64,000 nt of DNA from NCBI GenBank assembly GCA_964057225.1, contig OZ059895.1, positions 8,246,001 to 8,310,000 on the forward strand. Reading direction: 5' to 3'. Within the stretch, counting starts at the first letter, position 1; each line of letters opens with the position of its first letter. The translations under genes and the position numbers were made by a program. Source of the DNA: Auanema rhodensis (taxonomy: Eukaryota; Animalia; Nematoda). The notes under the pieces are model-generated. The model searched no databases and had not been told where the DNA came from. It saw nothing but the letters and a program-made list of their open reading frames with translations. This document shows positions 51,129 through 64,000 of the stretch, in pieces.

Positions 51129-54100
51129 TTAGACAACTGAGTTATGTGTTTGAGAATCACCGCTTCGACGATGTGATGTATCTCGTCTTATGGTTGAGCA
51201 CTAAAACAATAACATCATTATAGATTATATACTAAGATAGATCCTTACCGGTCTGTCTGTACGACATAGCTTTACTTCTACATCACTTCTTTGAGCGCTA
51301 TCAATGGATGTTCCACGTTGCAACTGATTTACAATTATATTTTAAAGTTTTAATGCTATGAACAAACCTTACGACTTCCGCCTAATGAACGTACACGTGA
51401 TGATGCATGAGAACGAACAGATGTCCATTGTGCTCTCAACTAAATGTTTTATCATCAACATCGTCAAAATGATTGAAAAGCTTACATGACGTCGAAGAGC
51501 TGGAGTTCTTGCAACAACAATCAAAGGATTTAAAAGAGGATCTACATATGCGGCAATTCGTGCATAATGATACCTACAAATGAAAAATATCTGGTTAGTT
51601 TAAATAAAATAATTATAAACCATTTAGTTAATCTAGCTACATCTTCTCGATCATTTACCCAAAACACAGCAATTTCAATATAAGTTTGTCCAAGAACGGA
51701 TATAAAAAATGTTGTAATTGATAATATGAGTGTATGAAATAATCGTTCACGACGACGATGAGGTGATTGTTCTCTGAAATGATATGATATAGTTAAATTA
51801 AAAACATTAAGAGAAATATCATTATCTCTCTCTCTATCTCTATTTCCAACCTTAAGCCACTATGTGCTAAATCACAATCACGATGAACTTTAATATGATA
51901 TGTTATAGTAACAGTAAATATAACTATTGATGCTGTTAAAAAAAATAAAGTAAATAAAGTATGTCCTCGTAATAGGTAAGCTCCAAACATATGAAAAACT
52001 GCTGTACGATCACATTGTCCTGCTATTTCTTCATAGCCAGATCGTGGAACACTGAAATATCACATAAATATTAAAATTAAATTCTTGAATTAGTATTTAC
52101 GTTCCACAATTCAGATAAACACGACCCTTGATTAATGTAGCAAATAGCTCATCTAAATGCCTAATAGCACTGATCTAAATATAATTAAATTTATAATAAA
52201 TTATATAAATTATATAAATAATTAACCTGCATCGTTGAAAACATGATATGAGTTACAATGAGTACAATCCATACTCCAGCAAATAATGAAACAACAGCAA
52301 TTTTACTAATATGCACAGAACTTCCAGCCATTGATCTATTAATTACAATCTAAATTATATATTATATATTATTATTATTATATGTATAATCTTACTAATA
52401 CAAGTACAAGTAAATGAATAAGTCCAATAAGACTACCATTTTGTGAAAGTGAATATAATGTTTCTTGTATCAAATATTTTCTAAATATAAATTATTATTA
52501 TATATATTATATATATAGTTTATACCTAAATGAGCTTGAGTCAAATAGATGAGTTTGTAATGTTTCAGCTATAATAAGCTCAGCTGATTTATCAAAATGC
52601 TGTAAGAATGTTGGTTGTTAAGGTTTTAAGTAGAGAATTTCATGAGATATCTTACATCATCATTTACATCACCATATGAACTATCTTGTAATAGATCAGA
52701 GAAGAAAAAAGCAAAAGAAAGAAGAAATAATAGATTTGAAAACATTATGTTGAGCACAAATAGTACTGTAGCAGTTGATAATGAGCGACTTGTCTGAACA
52801 ATATATTTCACTTAAAAGGTCTTGAAACATTTTTTCCCTTATTATTTCAATGGAAAAAGAAAAAAAAGAAAGAACTTACACGTAATAATAGAATAGCTAA
52901 TAAAGCTGTATTGAAACAAACCATAGCCAATAAAGCAAATTCTACTCGAAAACCAATAGATGCTTGATCTGATAGTATTCTGAATAGTTAAGATTCGAAA
53001 TTTAATAAATAAAAAGTAAATTATAACCGAAATCTTTTCTCATTTTGTAATTCACAGATATGATTGCTATTGCTATTGCAACAAACACTGGAGACAACTT
53101 GCGATAATCTGCTATGGCTGAATATAAAATAATTAATTTTCATTGAAACAAACAAAAAAAAATTGATTATAGTTTAATTTTTCAAATGAAAAATGAAAAA
53201 AAAAGCAAATTTAAACAAACCCATCATCATCGGTATCATTGGACAGCTTTGCCTGAGCCATGACATCACTGCGGCACCTAAAGCACATTTTAAAGTCAAA
53301 TTAAAAGTGTTTTATTAGAATTTATCGAAAAAAAAAAGAAATGTATAGTAATTTACTTTCGATATTCATCGACCTGCTTCCATAATTTAACAGCAGCCAA
53401 TGAGAAATGTTGTAGTAATAGACGAGTCCTTAATACGAGTGATGGCAATTGTGAATCCGAATGAATATTAGAATACAAATCTGAGCTATAAATTTGAAAA
53501 AATAGAATTAAAATTTCATTTTTATTGATTAAACCTTAAAAGATTCATGAAAACTGTATCATTAGCCAAAGCTCTTCCCATATTATGCACAGACCAAGCA
53601 GAACGAATAACAAATTCGCCAAATGTATCACATCCTCGTGAAAATCGTTGAAAGAAGGATCGAAATTTAAGTAACGGAGCTGTTGTACTTGAACATCTCT
53701 GCAAATTAATGTTATAACAGTTAATATAATTAATAAAAATTAATATATAAGTACTTCTTGAATTTTTTGTTGACGTTTTGCTACATGTGGTACATAGCAT
53801 CTACTATATAAATCAGTGTAAACCTGAGATATGCTGTTACAAACATGTCTTAAAGTAAATTCATGATAATTCAAAACGTTAGCATCAACTAACTCTCTTT
53901 CTGGGCTTTCTGCCAAATAAAGAATATTAAATAATGACGAATATACATAATAAGACATCTTTTCAGTTGGCATCAGCAAACTTCCACGATCACAAACCTG
54001 TAAAAATATTGGTTATTCAATTAAAAATTAATAATTTTTCAATTTTTAATATAAACTATATGTATATTTGAATTAAAATATAAATAATCATTAATATTGT

Positions 54101-54579
54101 GTGAAAACTAACAGCAGCATATGCATATCGAAGAAATCGTTTTTGAAACTCTCGATGAAACTGAGTACGATGCTTATTATATTGAAAAATTTGATTAACT
54201 TCACAAAATCTATAAAATAAAAAAAATATTATTTATAATAAATAAAATAAAAAATAATTAAACCTTAAGGCTCTCATTAGCCATACTAATGGTTGATATT
54301 TTAATGGAACAAATACTTCATAATCCGAATAACACAATACATATTTTTGTATAAAATAATCAATCTTAAAATAGAAAATTTAAATAATTTTTAAGAATTT
54401 TAAAAGAAAAAAAAACTTACAACTTGTGTATTATTTGATAATAATATAACATTATCCATTTCATTATTACATAATTGATAAATATAACGACTTTCATTAA
54501 ATGGTGGAAGCCAAATAGAAAATGGTAAAGTTTGGCTGATAGGAGCATATAATAGTAGAATAAATATTATTAATGTCAT
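51129..54579 (-). CDS. Orphan class A-like 7TM receptor with signal peptide and long Cys-containing N-terminal ectodomain (many short exons)
   Basis: Signal MTLIIFILLLYAPISQT directly after a TTTTAAG acceptor. Hydrophobic helices: VEFALLAMVCFNTALLAILLL; LFVLNIMFSNLLFLLSFAFFF; LSQNGSLIGLIHLLVLV; AVVSLFAGVWIVLIVTHIMF; LFTLFFLTASIVIFTVTITY; LFHTLILSITTFFISVLGQTYI; IAAYVDPLLNPLIVVA. Followed by a Ser/Arg-rich tail. Confidence 0.8.
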
Positions 54580-56917
54580 CTTAAAATAAAATATAAAATA
54601 TTCTAAAATAATAAAAATCAATTGATTATTATAAGAAAATAAGAAGATATATGTATATTTATAGATTAAAAAGATTTTATTAAGTATTAAAAGATTAAAA
54701 TATATAATATTAATTATATATATGGTTAGATGAATTATATATAAAAATTATAATAAAATAATATTTAGTAATCTTTTTTCTTTTTGAATATCTCTTAGTA
54801 TTGTGGAAAATATGTATGTATCCACATGTACATACATAGATATATCTCTTCCCAGAAACTAGCATTGACCTTCTGACTGGGGGCATTTAGACTTTACAAA
54901 CGAGTCAAATCAAAGCGGCAATTGTTGATTTTGGGATGAATTTCCTTTTACTGAGCTTTTCATTCTCTCTTGACGATGAGACGAACGCATGGTTAAGGCT
55001 TCAAGAAAAGGGGAGTAGAGACGAGAGAAAGAGTAAGAGATGGAGAAATAGAGATAAAAAGATAAAAAAAAGAAAATTTGAATGAAACAGAGGAAACAGA
55101 AGAAGAAAGGGTGTTAGTAAGGAAGAGTCTAAAAATGAATGATTAAATGAACCAAGTCTTTTGAAGATATATAAGTATATGAAAAGGGCAACAAATAGTA
55201 GTAGTATCTTTAACTATGTGTAAATATTATGTAAATTTATAAATATAAATTATAAATTATATAAACAATTCTCATTAAAATGATGAGAAATTAAGAACAA
55301 AATGTTTTATTATGCACGTGGAATTTATTTTCTTTTCTCATATCCTTAACATGAAAAAAAAATAATTTCATTTCAAAAATAAATAAAAATATTAAAATAT
55401 AAAATATGATGATGAGGATGATTATAATTTTTTTTTTAAAAATTAATGAATAATTTAAATTAAAAAAATAAAAAAAGTTTTGAAATAAGAGAGAAAATAT
55501 AAAAATTATTGGAATTGAAAGACAACTTCAATTGTGAATGTATCAAAATGAAAAATTGAAAATCAGTAATATTCACATAGTTAGATCTAGTTAGATATAG
55601 CTAAAGTACTTATTTTATGATTTTCATTTGAAACAATTAGTTGAAAATTGAATGAGAATCTAATTTGAAATGTTTGAATATATCAAAGAAAAATGTTGAG
55701 AAAAGAATTAAAGTTTTTAGATTTGGTAATAGAGCAAGAGAGACACATGGAAATGAAGAAACAGGAACATGGAGTAACATAGTGAATGATGCATATAGTA
55801 CATAACGAAAGAGAATGAAGAAGAGAAAATGAGGTGGTGGTGGTAGTGGTGCATGCAAGCCCCTTAGGGGGCTGGTTTCACAGAAACAAAAATGAAAATA
55901 GAGATGAGTAGATGACATAAGAAACTACAATCAAAAAATAAGAAAATAAAGAAGAAATTTACATGATTGGGGCCAACATACATATTCAAAGTACGTACAC
56001 TTTGTGTCGGTTTAATGTCAACAATCAAACCGAAGCTGCTCAGACATTTGCTGGCACTAGCTTTAACATTTGTAATTTCAACAGAAAAAAACAAAACTTA
56101 TGGAGAAAAATATCTGCAAGGTCAAAAAAGTGAAAAATGACCGAAAAGCTAGCTGCAACTAGACAAAATAGCATTCCAAGAGAGATGTGCCATGCAATGA
56201 AGAGGGAAGAAGATAAGACAAAATAGATGTCATTGGCATGTTTGTTCGTAAAATGACATGCTTTTTCGGAAATAGTTTAGACTTTCTGCCTATTCTCCCA
56301 ACTACCACCACTTTCTATCACACATTCTATTCTTCTGCTCTCTATTTTTCAAGATTTCAAGAGTCAAAACTATATGTTAGTAGTGTATAGAAAAGAAATA
56401 AGATTCTCTTCAAACTGTTTTGCATTCTTTCAGAAAAAATTTATTAAGTTTTGTACTCAAGTTTTTAACTGAAAATATTTGAGTAATCTAGAAACATTCT
56501 CAGTCAATATGGTTGAATATAAGACAAATCTTTCAAGTAGAAGACGAAAAAGGAAAATTATCGAAGACAAATACATGAAGAGTGTGGAATTGAGATGACG
56601 ATAGAAAGAACGACCGATCGACTACAGAGCACAATTGCAGCATTCGAATAGAATAACGGCAGCTAATAGACGATTGCTAGAAGAACTATCTTTAGCTATA
56701 GATATGCGATCGATAAGTAGCAATCATCATCAGAAGAGATGATGTTGAAGGATGGCTACATCAGCAAACTGCCTCATGATCATATACGTACTAGAACAAC
56801 TTTCAAGAAACTGTGGTATCATTATTATCAACAATAACAATAATGAAATATTTCGGAAGAAGATATTCATGATACTGGCGGAAAGCAAACGAATCTCTAA
56901 CTCTTCTTTTCTTCCTC

Positions 56918-56998
56918 TCACTCTTTCTCTCTCTCTCTCTCTCTCAATCTCTCTCTCCCTCTCTTTTTCTCTCTGTTTCTCTCTCTCTCTCTCTATCT
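56918..56998. repeat. Imperfect (CT)n tract
   Basis: Interrupted CT repeats. Confidence 0.85.
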
Positions 56999-58225
56999 AT
57001 CTATTGCTGTGCCTATGCAGAGCTGGATCGTTAGTTGGTTAGCTCTCATCGTTGTTGAGATACATATATGGATCTCAACAAGCTGATGTCACTTAATCTT
57101 TTACATTGCTTGAGGGCATATAAGAGGGATTTGAGAAAAAACAAGAAGATATACTAACCCAAATAAGACACTGATCATTCTTCATTTTCATTGTATATTT
57201 GAAAAATTGCTCGAAAAGCTTAAAGCTTGATCTTTAAAGTTTATTGATCATACTAAACATTCACATATTTTTAATTTATTATATAATATAAACATAAAAA
57301 ATAACTACTATTTTCATGTATATTACTTTACTATGGCTTAACTTAACGTAGTTTGTTTGTTACTGCTCATGAAACATACAGTGATCTAAGGGCATTTATG
57401 TTTCGGCATTCGCAGCTATTTTCGTTGCGAATTTATTGCCTTCAACTGCAGAATATATTGGACATTTTACTTTTTTTTTGTACATTTTTAACCTAAATAA
57501 TACTATTTTACTTTAATTTCCTCTATTCGTATTTAAATTAATGTGAAATGATGAATTTTTATGAGATTTTAAACATTGGAAAAATAATGGAAATTGTTAA
57601 ATCTTTGAGGGAATTATCATGAATAACACAATATATGAAGCAGTTTTAGCAATCTTTCAATTCATAACGAAGTTTCCAATAAACTGAAACTCATATAACT
57701 CAATTTAGAAGAAATATCTTTAGATGTTGATGTAGTAATGTGATGTTTGATATGACAAACATATAAGTAATCTTTTAAGATCTTGTGAATGATATGTTAC
57801 TCTTTCACTGGCTTGACAAGGATTATTGATGATTTATGTTGAACAACTTGTTTATTATATCAAGTAGATTTAAGTGTATTTACAATTGAACTTATTTTGA
57901 AATTTGAACGGTAAACTTGTCTTAACACGCATTAAGGGCAAAAAAATGATGTTCTGTTATGTATTCACTATTGAAAGTCTGTTTAATAGATTTGGTGATG
58001 TAGAGATACTCACTCATATTAAGGCTTTAGCACTTGTCTCTGGTTGTAAACTTGAAACTATTCTTGAAAACAAGCTTTGATTCAAGAGAATTGGTTAACA
58101 GCTAGGGCTGGTAAACGGAAATATCTAACAATTCAGACAAAATATTAATAATTTTATTTTTTTGTATTTATGATAACCCGTTTTGATTTAAAAAAGCTTA
58201 TGTACACAATATTAGATATTAGAAT

Positions 58226-60837
58226 TTAGCAGTATGTTGAGCGGGATGACGTCATCATGTTCGAACTTGCTCTACTGATACTCATTCCTTCAACAGACTT
58301 GTAGTAGGGGTTGATAGGGGCAGGCGGCTTTTCAAGCATAAGCCGTAATCGGCTGAAGAAGTTGTATAAGGAAAAATAACTACAGGAAAAACATACGCTT
58401 TTTTACACGAATTAGCAATACATATACACAAGCCACCGACTAGTAAACCAAGAGTAAAGAAGAAAAGATATCGAACATCTTCTGAAATACAACTAATTTG
58501 ACCAAAAAACAAAGTTTACTTACGGAAGAAGGGATCAAAGGACCGTGCTTTTACAATTTCATGTTCTATTATCTGTGTGCTGCATATGGGAGCAGCAGTT
58601 GTGGCTGTAAAATAGTATTTACATTGATCAGAACAACTAATATCAAACCAGGAGGCATCCTTCGAATTTTTTCAACTTTTTCACAGGCGGATTGTGTTAG
58701 AAGTGAACGACGGCTGAGAATAATGTAATTTGAAATAATTTCAATGTGAATAACTTACTGTTTGTTTTCATGAATATTCACACAATCTGAGCCATGAGAT
58801 ACCCATGCACAAGAGGGGTCATGGAACGCCAGACATGTAGAACATGTATTTTGAATAAAACAGGCGGTGGTTGGCAATCGTACAAGCTGAGAAGAAAAAA
58901 TGAAATTTAATTAAATTATTATGAAAAACCTTATTTTCAGTTTGAATAATCAGGTAAGAAGCTACATTTGTATCTTTGGAAGCAGTAGGCAAATGCTCGC
59001 GATGAATGAAAATCGATTTAATAGGAGTTGATTCCTAGAAATTATGGTTTTAACTTAATTTTAAATCAAATGAATACTTTTAAAAATTTAAATGTGACAA
59101 AGTGATGTGCCTTTCCATGAGAAAACCAAACTTTCAATATGTGGCCCAGATTTGTACCAATATACCAAACATCATAAGTTTCACCATTTAAATCTGAATT
59201 GAAACAATCAGTTTGGGTTTTAAATAAAAAATATTAAATTAACCTTGAACATCTTCTTCAACAGTTACAGCTGTGAACAAATCATTTCCATAATAATGAA
59301 ACACAGGCGTAGAGAAAATGTCTATAAAAGTAAAATTATTAGCTACGAACAATAAAACGATATCTTAAACTCACTGGATGATATTAATGGTTTTCCTCGT
59401 AGTTTTGTTTGTTCATCTCGTGATACTGCTCTAGCACACGTGCTTAATTTATTAGACGATTGAAATGCTGATCGAAACGTTTCAGTTAATACAGAGCGTT
59501 TAAACAGGCACAATGCAGAGCCATTTAATGCTGCAAGTTGAGATCGAAATGCTCCGACAAAGTAATCATGAGCAGGAGAGACAGCTACTAGCTATAAGAA
59601 ACATAGATAACTGGAGCGATAAAGTGCATACGAACCAAATTGAAATATAATGTATTCATGTCCGGCTCTTTGATTCCGCATTCTATACGAGCTTTTGCGA
59701 ACGAACTCCATTCATCCTTATGATATCTAAAATTTCAGTTTTAAAGAAGATAAACCAGAAAGCACATACTCAGCTCCCGGATCATCCATACAAACTCGTG
59801 CCACTCTAGCAACTCTTCGTTGGCCGTATTCTTCTCTCTCAGACGGTGTTTCAGCAAAAAATGTGAATAATTCCTTGAAAAGTAAGAGGAAAAATGAAAT
59901 TATATTTCAATGAAAATCTTACTTTGTTACTTCTTTCTAAAGCTACGATTCTTGCATTATCAAATACAGATTCACGTCGAGCAGTTCTAAGCATATTACT
60001 AGTTTTAGATGTATTCAATCGTAAAAGTATAGCATCTGTGCCTGAATATTCTGGTACTGCAAAAGAGAATATAGAAGTATATATTAGTTGAAAGATTCAA
60101 ACATTACCATTAACTGTAAATATTTGTCCATTTGAATACAGAAAAGGGTTAGATTGATCTTCTAAGAATGGACTTAAACCTACACCTTCGAATTCCTTGT
60201 AAGATTCTGAAGCATAACAAGTAAATTGTTTTTTTTTTAATTAAAAAAAAGAAATCAATAGAAAGCAACCGATCATATTATCCAAAATAATAAAAAATGA
60301 AATGTCATTGAACTTACTCGATGACATAATCTCGAACTCTTTACAAGTTGGATTACGACCATGAGTTCCGCAAAATACAATGCGAGATTGGCTTTTAATA
60401 TAGAAACTTCTAATGAAGTTGTGACAATTTGCCTAAAAATGATAAATGTAGATTAATTTTTTTAAGAGGACTAACATTTGTGATAAGGGCACAATCGTCA
60501 TATGATTTTCTTGAGGTTGGCCATATGTATGACCAAGTGATTTCCATACGTTCTAATGACACATTATATACAGCATTTCTAAAATATATATTGTGAAATA
60601 GAAAAGATGTAGCAGATACCTGCCACCAAGCAAAAGATGAGAACCATAATTATGAAGGACAGTTATCTGCGCATCATCTTTGAAGTTAATAGAAGTATCT
60701 AAATAAATATGTATAACATGTATGTAAAGTTTAAGCATACTATTGTATAACTCTATAATAGGTGGGTCGGGTATCCGGTTAGAGCTACACTGAACCTTAA
60801 TTACAAGAACAACGGTTAGGAGAACTTCGAACCACAT
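58226..60837 (-). CDS. smp-2: Class 1 transmembrane semaphorin (Sema + PSI + TM, no Ig domain), Sema-1b-like
   Basis: Signal peptide; LLLGGR|NAVYNVSL; NCHNFIR; FCGTHGRNPTC; GVGLSPF; LFTFFAE; ARVARVCMDDPG; WSSFAKARIECG; GSALCLF; VWYIGTNLGHILKV; PSI CSTCLAFHDPSCAW; TM YLFFFTLGLLVGGLCICIA; tail ...SSRSTYC* after a 44-nt intron. smp-2 rather than smp-1 is inferred from divergence and compactness. Confidence 0.88.
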
Positions 60838-63800
60838 TAGTTATGCAGCAACATTAGTAACTTCTGGAAAAAAACGTAGAGTTGACGTGAGATCAATAAA
60901 ATTAATAACAAAATACTAAAGGAGAACTGATGTAATAGTTGTTTTGGAAGTTTTTAGTGATTCAATATGCTTAACAAAAGATAAAGAGAAAAGAAACTGA
61001 ATGTTGATTGTCATTTCAGTTAGATAAGTGAGTGTATACGAAATGATAAGAAAAGGAAGGGAACGATTAAGAAACTTATCGATGCAGAATTATTAAGCTT
61101 CGTCGTGAAAGAAGCAGGAAAAATATTTCTGAGAAATGAATAAGATAACATTTAGATTTCCGTGCCAATGTTCATGGCAAAGGTGAGGAGGAAATATAGA
61201 CAGGAGAACGAAAGATGAATTGAGAAATTATAAATGACATAAGTATACTGGTGTTAAAAGCCAAAAGAAAAATGAAGATAAGAAATGCTTACAATATGAT
61301 GAATTGCGTTTAAAATAAAGCTAACAGAAATAAAAATAAAAAGATTTGATGAATGATTTTATAAGTTTTGGAGAAAATAGAGATAACGTTATGAAAGATA
61401 TAAGGTTCACTAGGCTAGCACTTCATTCTGACCACATTGCAATTTGACAGAAAAAATACATTGAAAAGGATTCATGTTCAACTGAAATCAGCAACTGCTC
61501 AGGATGGCTCTGAACTGCTATATCTCTTCAGCTCACAGAAGAATTAATGAACGAACGGAAATTAATCAAATAGCGATGACAACGAAGATAAACTCGCAAA
61601 AAATTTTCAAACCACAAGAGAACGCTAAAAAGCTGGAAATTGTCCATTTAGACGGGAGTGAGGAAATAAGGAAAATGTTCCAAAAATTCTTTTAGAATGA
61701 CAAAATCGCGAAAAATTCATAACAAATCATCATAATTACATGAATTCTATTTTAAGAAAAATGAACTCTAATTGTCATTAAAAAAACAAGTTAATAGCTA
61801 TTACTAGTATTATCTGTTTCTTTTAAGAATAAAAAAAATAAAAAAATAATAAATTAAGAAAAATTTGAAACTCATAAATACAAGTATGATTGAGTAGAGT
61901 AATAGTATAATTAATCGATGACTTAAAATTTAATTGTTAAATTTTGATTCATGAATCATCGTCAAAAAAAAAACATCAACGTATAAGGCGAATGGGGGTT
62001 AAGCAATAAGAACAATTTTAAAATAAAACATCTGTTACTGGAGGATCATATATAGTAGATCTAAGCAGCTATGAAGAGTATAAAATCTTTATCGCTAAGC
62101 ATGCTGTAAGATACAAGACCATAACTAATTGGGAATAAAAAAGTGAAAGTTGAGGATCGTATGAAGCGTGATGTGTGAGAAATATATAGAAACTTTGATA
62201 AAGAACAAGATGAAATTTTAAAAAGCTCTTCCTCTGAAATTGAGAAAGAAACAAAAGAAGATAGTGTGAGAAGCAAAGTAACAGTTGCTAAATCGTTCTT
62301 TCCTTGGTTAGGATCTCTCAAATATTTCTCTTTTTCAGTTTAGTTGGTCCGGATGTGTAATGAATGCGACAGAAGACCTGTCAAAGCTTATCAAAAAACA
62401 CAAAGACTAAACAGCGAATGAGTTCTAGGTGAGAAGCAAAACAGAGAAATTAAAATGAACGATATTTATGTATGTAATATACAGCCTGGCGAAATGAGTT
62501 TTAAAAAACGACAATCCATCATCAAAAAATGACAGACTTTTGAATAGATATGTCAAACATAACAACAACTAGTACAAACTATGTATTGCAATGAGATTAT
62601 GAAAATATACTAAATCATGCATGAAACATGGAAAAATCCAAAATTCACAGGATAAATAGAGAAGACCCAACTGCTTTTAAAAGATAAGATCTGCCGAATA
62701 TGGGACGGTACGGTCAAGACTTAGATCAAGCAGCTCGTTCTTCAGATAGGCCCTGGGAAATAAATCTTGTTTCAGTAATTTTCTTCTGCATTGAAAACAG
62801 CTATTAAGCAGAATTACTTTGTAGAAAACGAGCTAGATAACTGTAAAATGTAATTAAAACCAGCAAATTCTCAAGCGTACAGGCAGCTGGGTGCCCATCC
62901 AATTAAGAATTATCCAAACATTGGAATTTGGAAAAACCATTCAAATCATCAAAATCCAATCTTGCCCTTTAAAGTGACCTTGTTACATCAGTTTCTTAGT
63001 GCAAGAAGGATAATGTAAATCACCACCCAACATTTTTTAAGAGGAACGCCTGTCAAACTATTTCGACAATTTTGTGGACAGTTGATAAAATAATGAGTAA
63101 AAACAGAGTGTATACCCAGAAAAACATTGAAACATTACTGAAAAAAACATAGGTGATCATAAAATAATAACAAATTATAAATTATTAAATCATGTTAACT
63201 ATAAAACTACGATCTTTTACGTATTTTTGGTAAGTTATTATCATTATAATGCCTATCTATTGCTAATATTAGTGTAAATGATTAATTTTTTGGGTATAAA
63301 TAAAAATTTAGAAATAATAATAATTAGTATTAGCGAACTTTGTTCTAATAGAGATTAAAATCTAAAGATTTATGATTGTCCTTAGAGAACGCAACCGACA
63401 CGTAAAAGTTTAAATTGAAAATGATGTTTGTAATTAATATGCTAATCAGTTATAATAGTGCTCATCAAAAAATATTGATTAATCATTATTTTATATTCTA
63501 ATTGAATATTATGATTATTCATATTATACATAGAATAACCTTTTAATTCAAAATTAAGCATGTGATTATAAATTTGATAAATTGTTTTAATAACAACTAA
63601 ACTCAAATTGAAGAATTGTAAGAAATGATATTGGAGGATGAATTATAAACAACATGTATGCATGTGCTTATGTTAATCATCAACGAATTGTTGACTCATT
63701 ATTGACGATAAACAGTAATTTAAATAAAAAACATTGAAATATAAAGCTATTATTTATTACAAACTACAAATTTAAAAAAAAAGCTCATGCAATAACAAGA

Positions 63801-64000
63801 ACTATTAATTACATCATAATCTCAATATTGCGAGTAGAAACTAAATATACAAAACCCGTTTGTTTAAAAGGAAGGTGTCTAATACTAACATACCCGCTGA
63901 CCAGCAAATAACAACATGGAATGTGGAAACATATTAAAGTTCTAAAGAACCGAGATAAAACACATAGTGTCAAATGAATACAAATATTAAATTTTAGTTA

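Noticed and set aside
62330-63090. Exon-like or degenerate-element-like sequence upstream of the semaphorin, including TTGGTCCGG resembling a Y/sbRNA 5' end
   Set aside because: Stops in the frames checked, no terminal repeats, and no complementary TTGACC 3' stem.

Overview
AT-rich eukaryotic DNA with many short (about 45-60 nt) GT-AG introns and TTTCAG-type acceptors; the proteins indicate a nematode. Most ORF-track entries are exon fragments or noise, so I assembled the genes by hand across splice sites. Ten genes are supported. On + strand: eIF2B beta, Tollip (C2+CUE) and a small Cys-rich single-pass membrane protein. On - strand: a CREB3/let-607 membrane-tethered bZIP, cofactor-independent phosphoglycerate mutase (ipgm-1), an A20/AN1 zinc-finger protein, an SLC17-like MFS transporter, an RMD/FAM82-like TPR protein, an orphan 7TM receptor with a long ectodomain, and a class-1 semaphorin (smp-2-like). 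I recognised no tRNA, rRNA, CRISPR or intact mobile element. The most unusual unexplained structure is three minus-strand modules, each a TATA box followed by a GC-rich GGTC...CCCC leader, lying 2-4.5 kb upstream of let-607, ipgm-1 and the zinc-finger gene. Two of them share two 8-mers and a 10-mer with an identical 47-nt spacer. Other candidates: a poison/terminal exon between the basic region and zipper of let-607, a splice-dependent uORF in the let-607 leader, and a TTTTCG (non-AG) splice acceptor. Exon boundaries are manual and all regulatory interpretations are untested.
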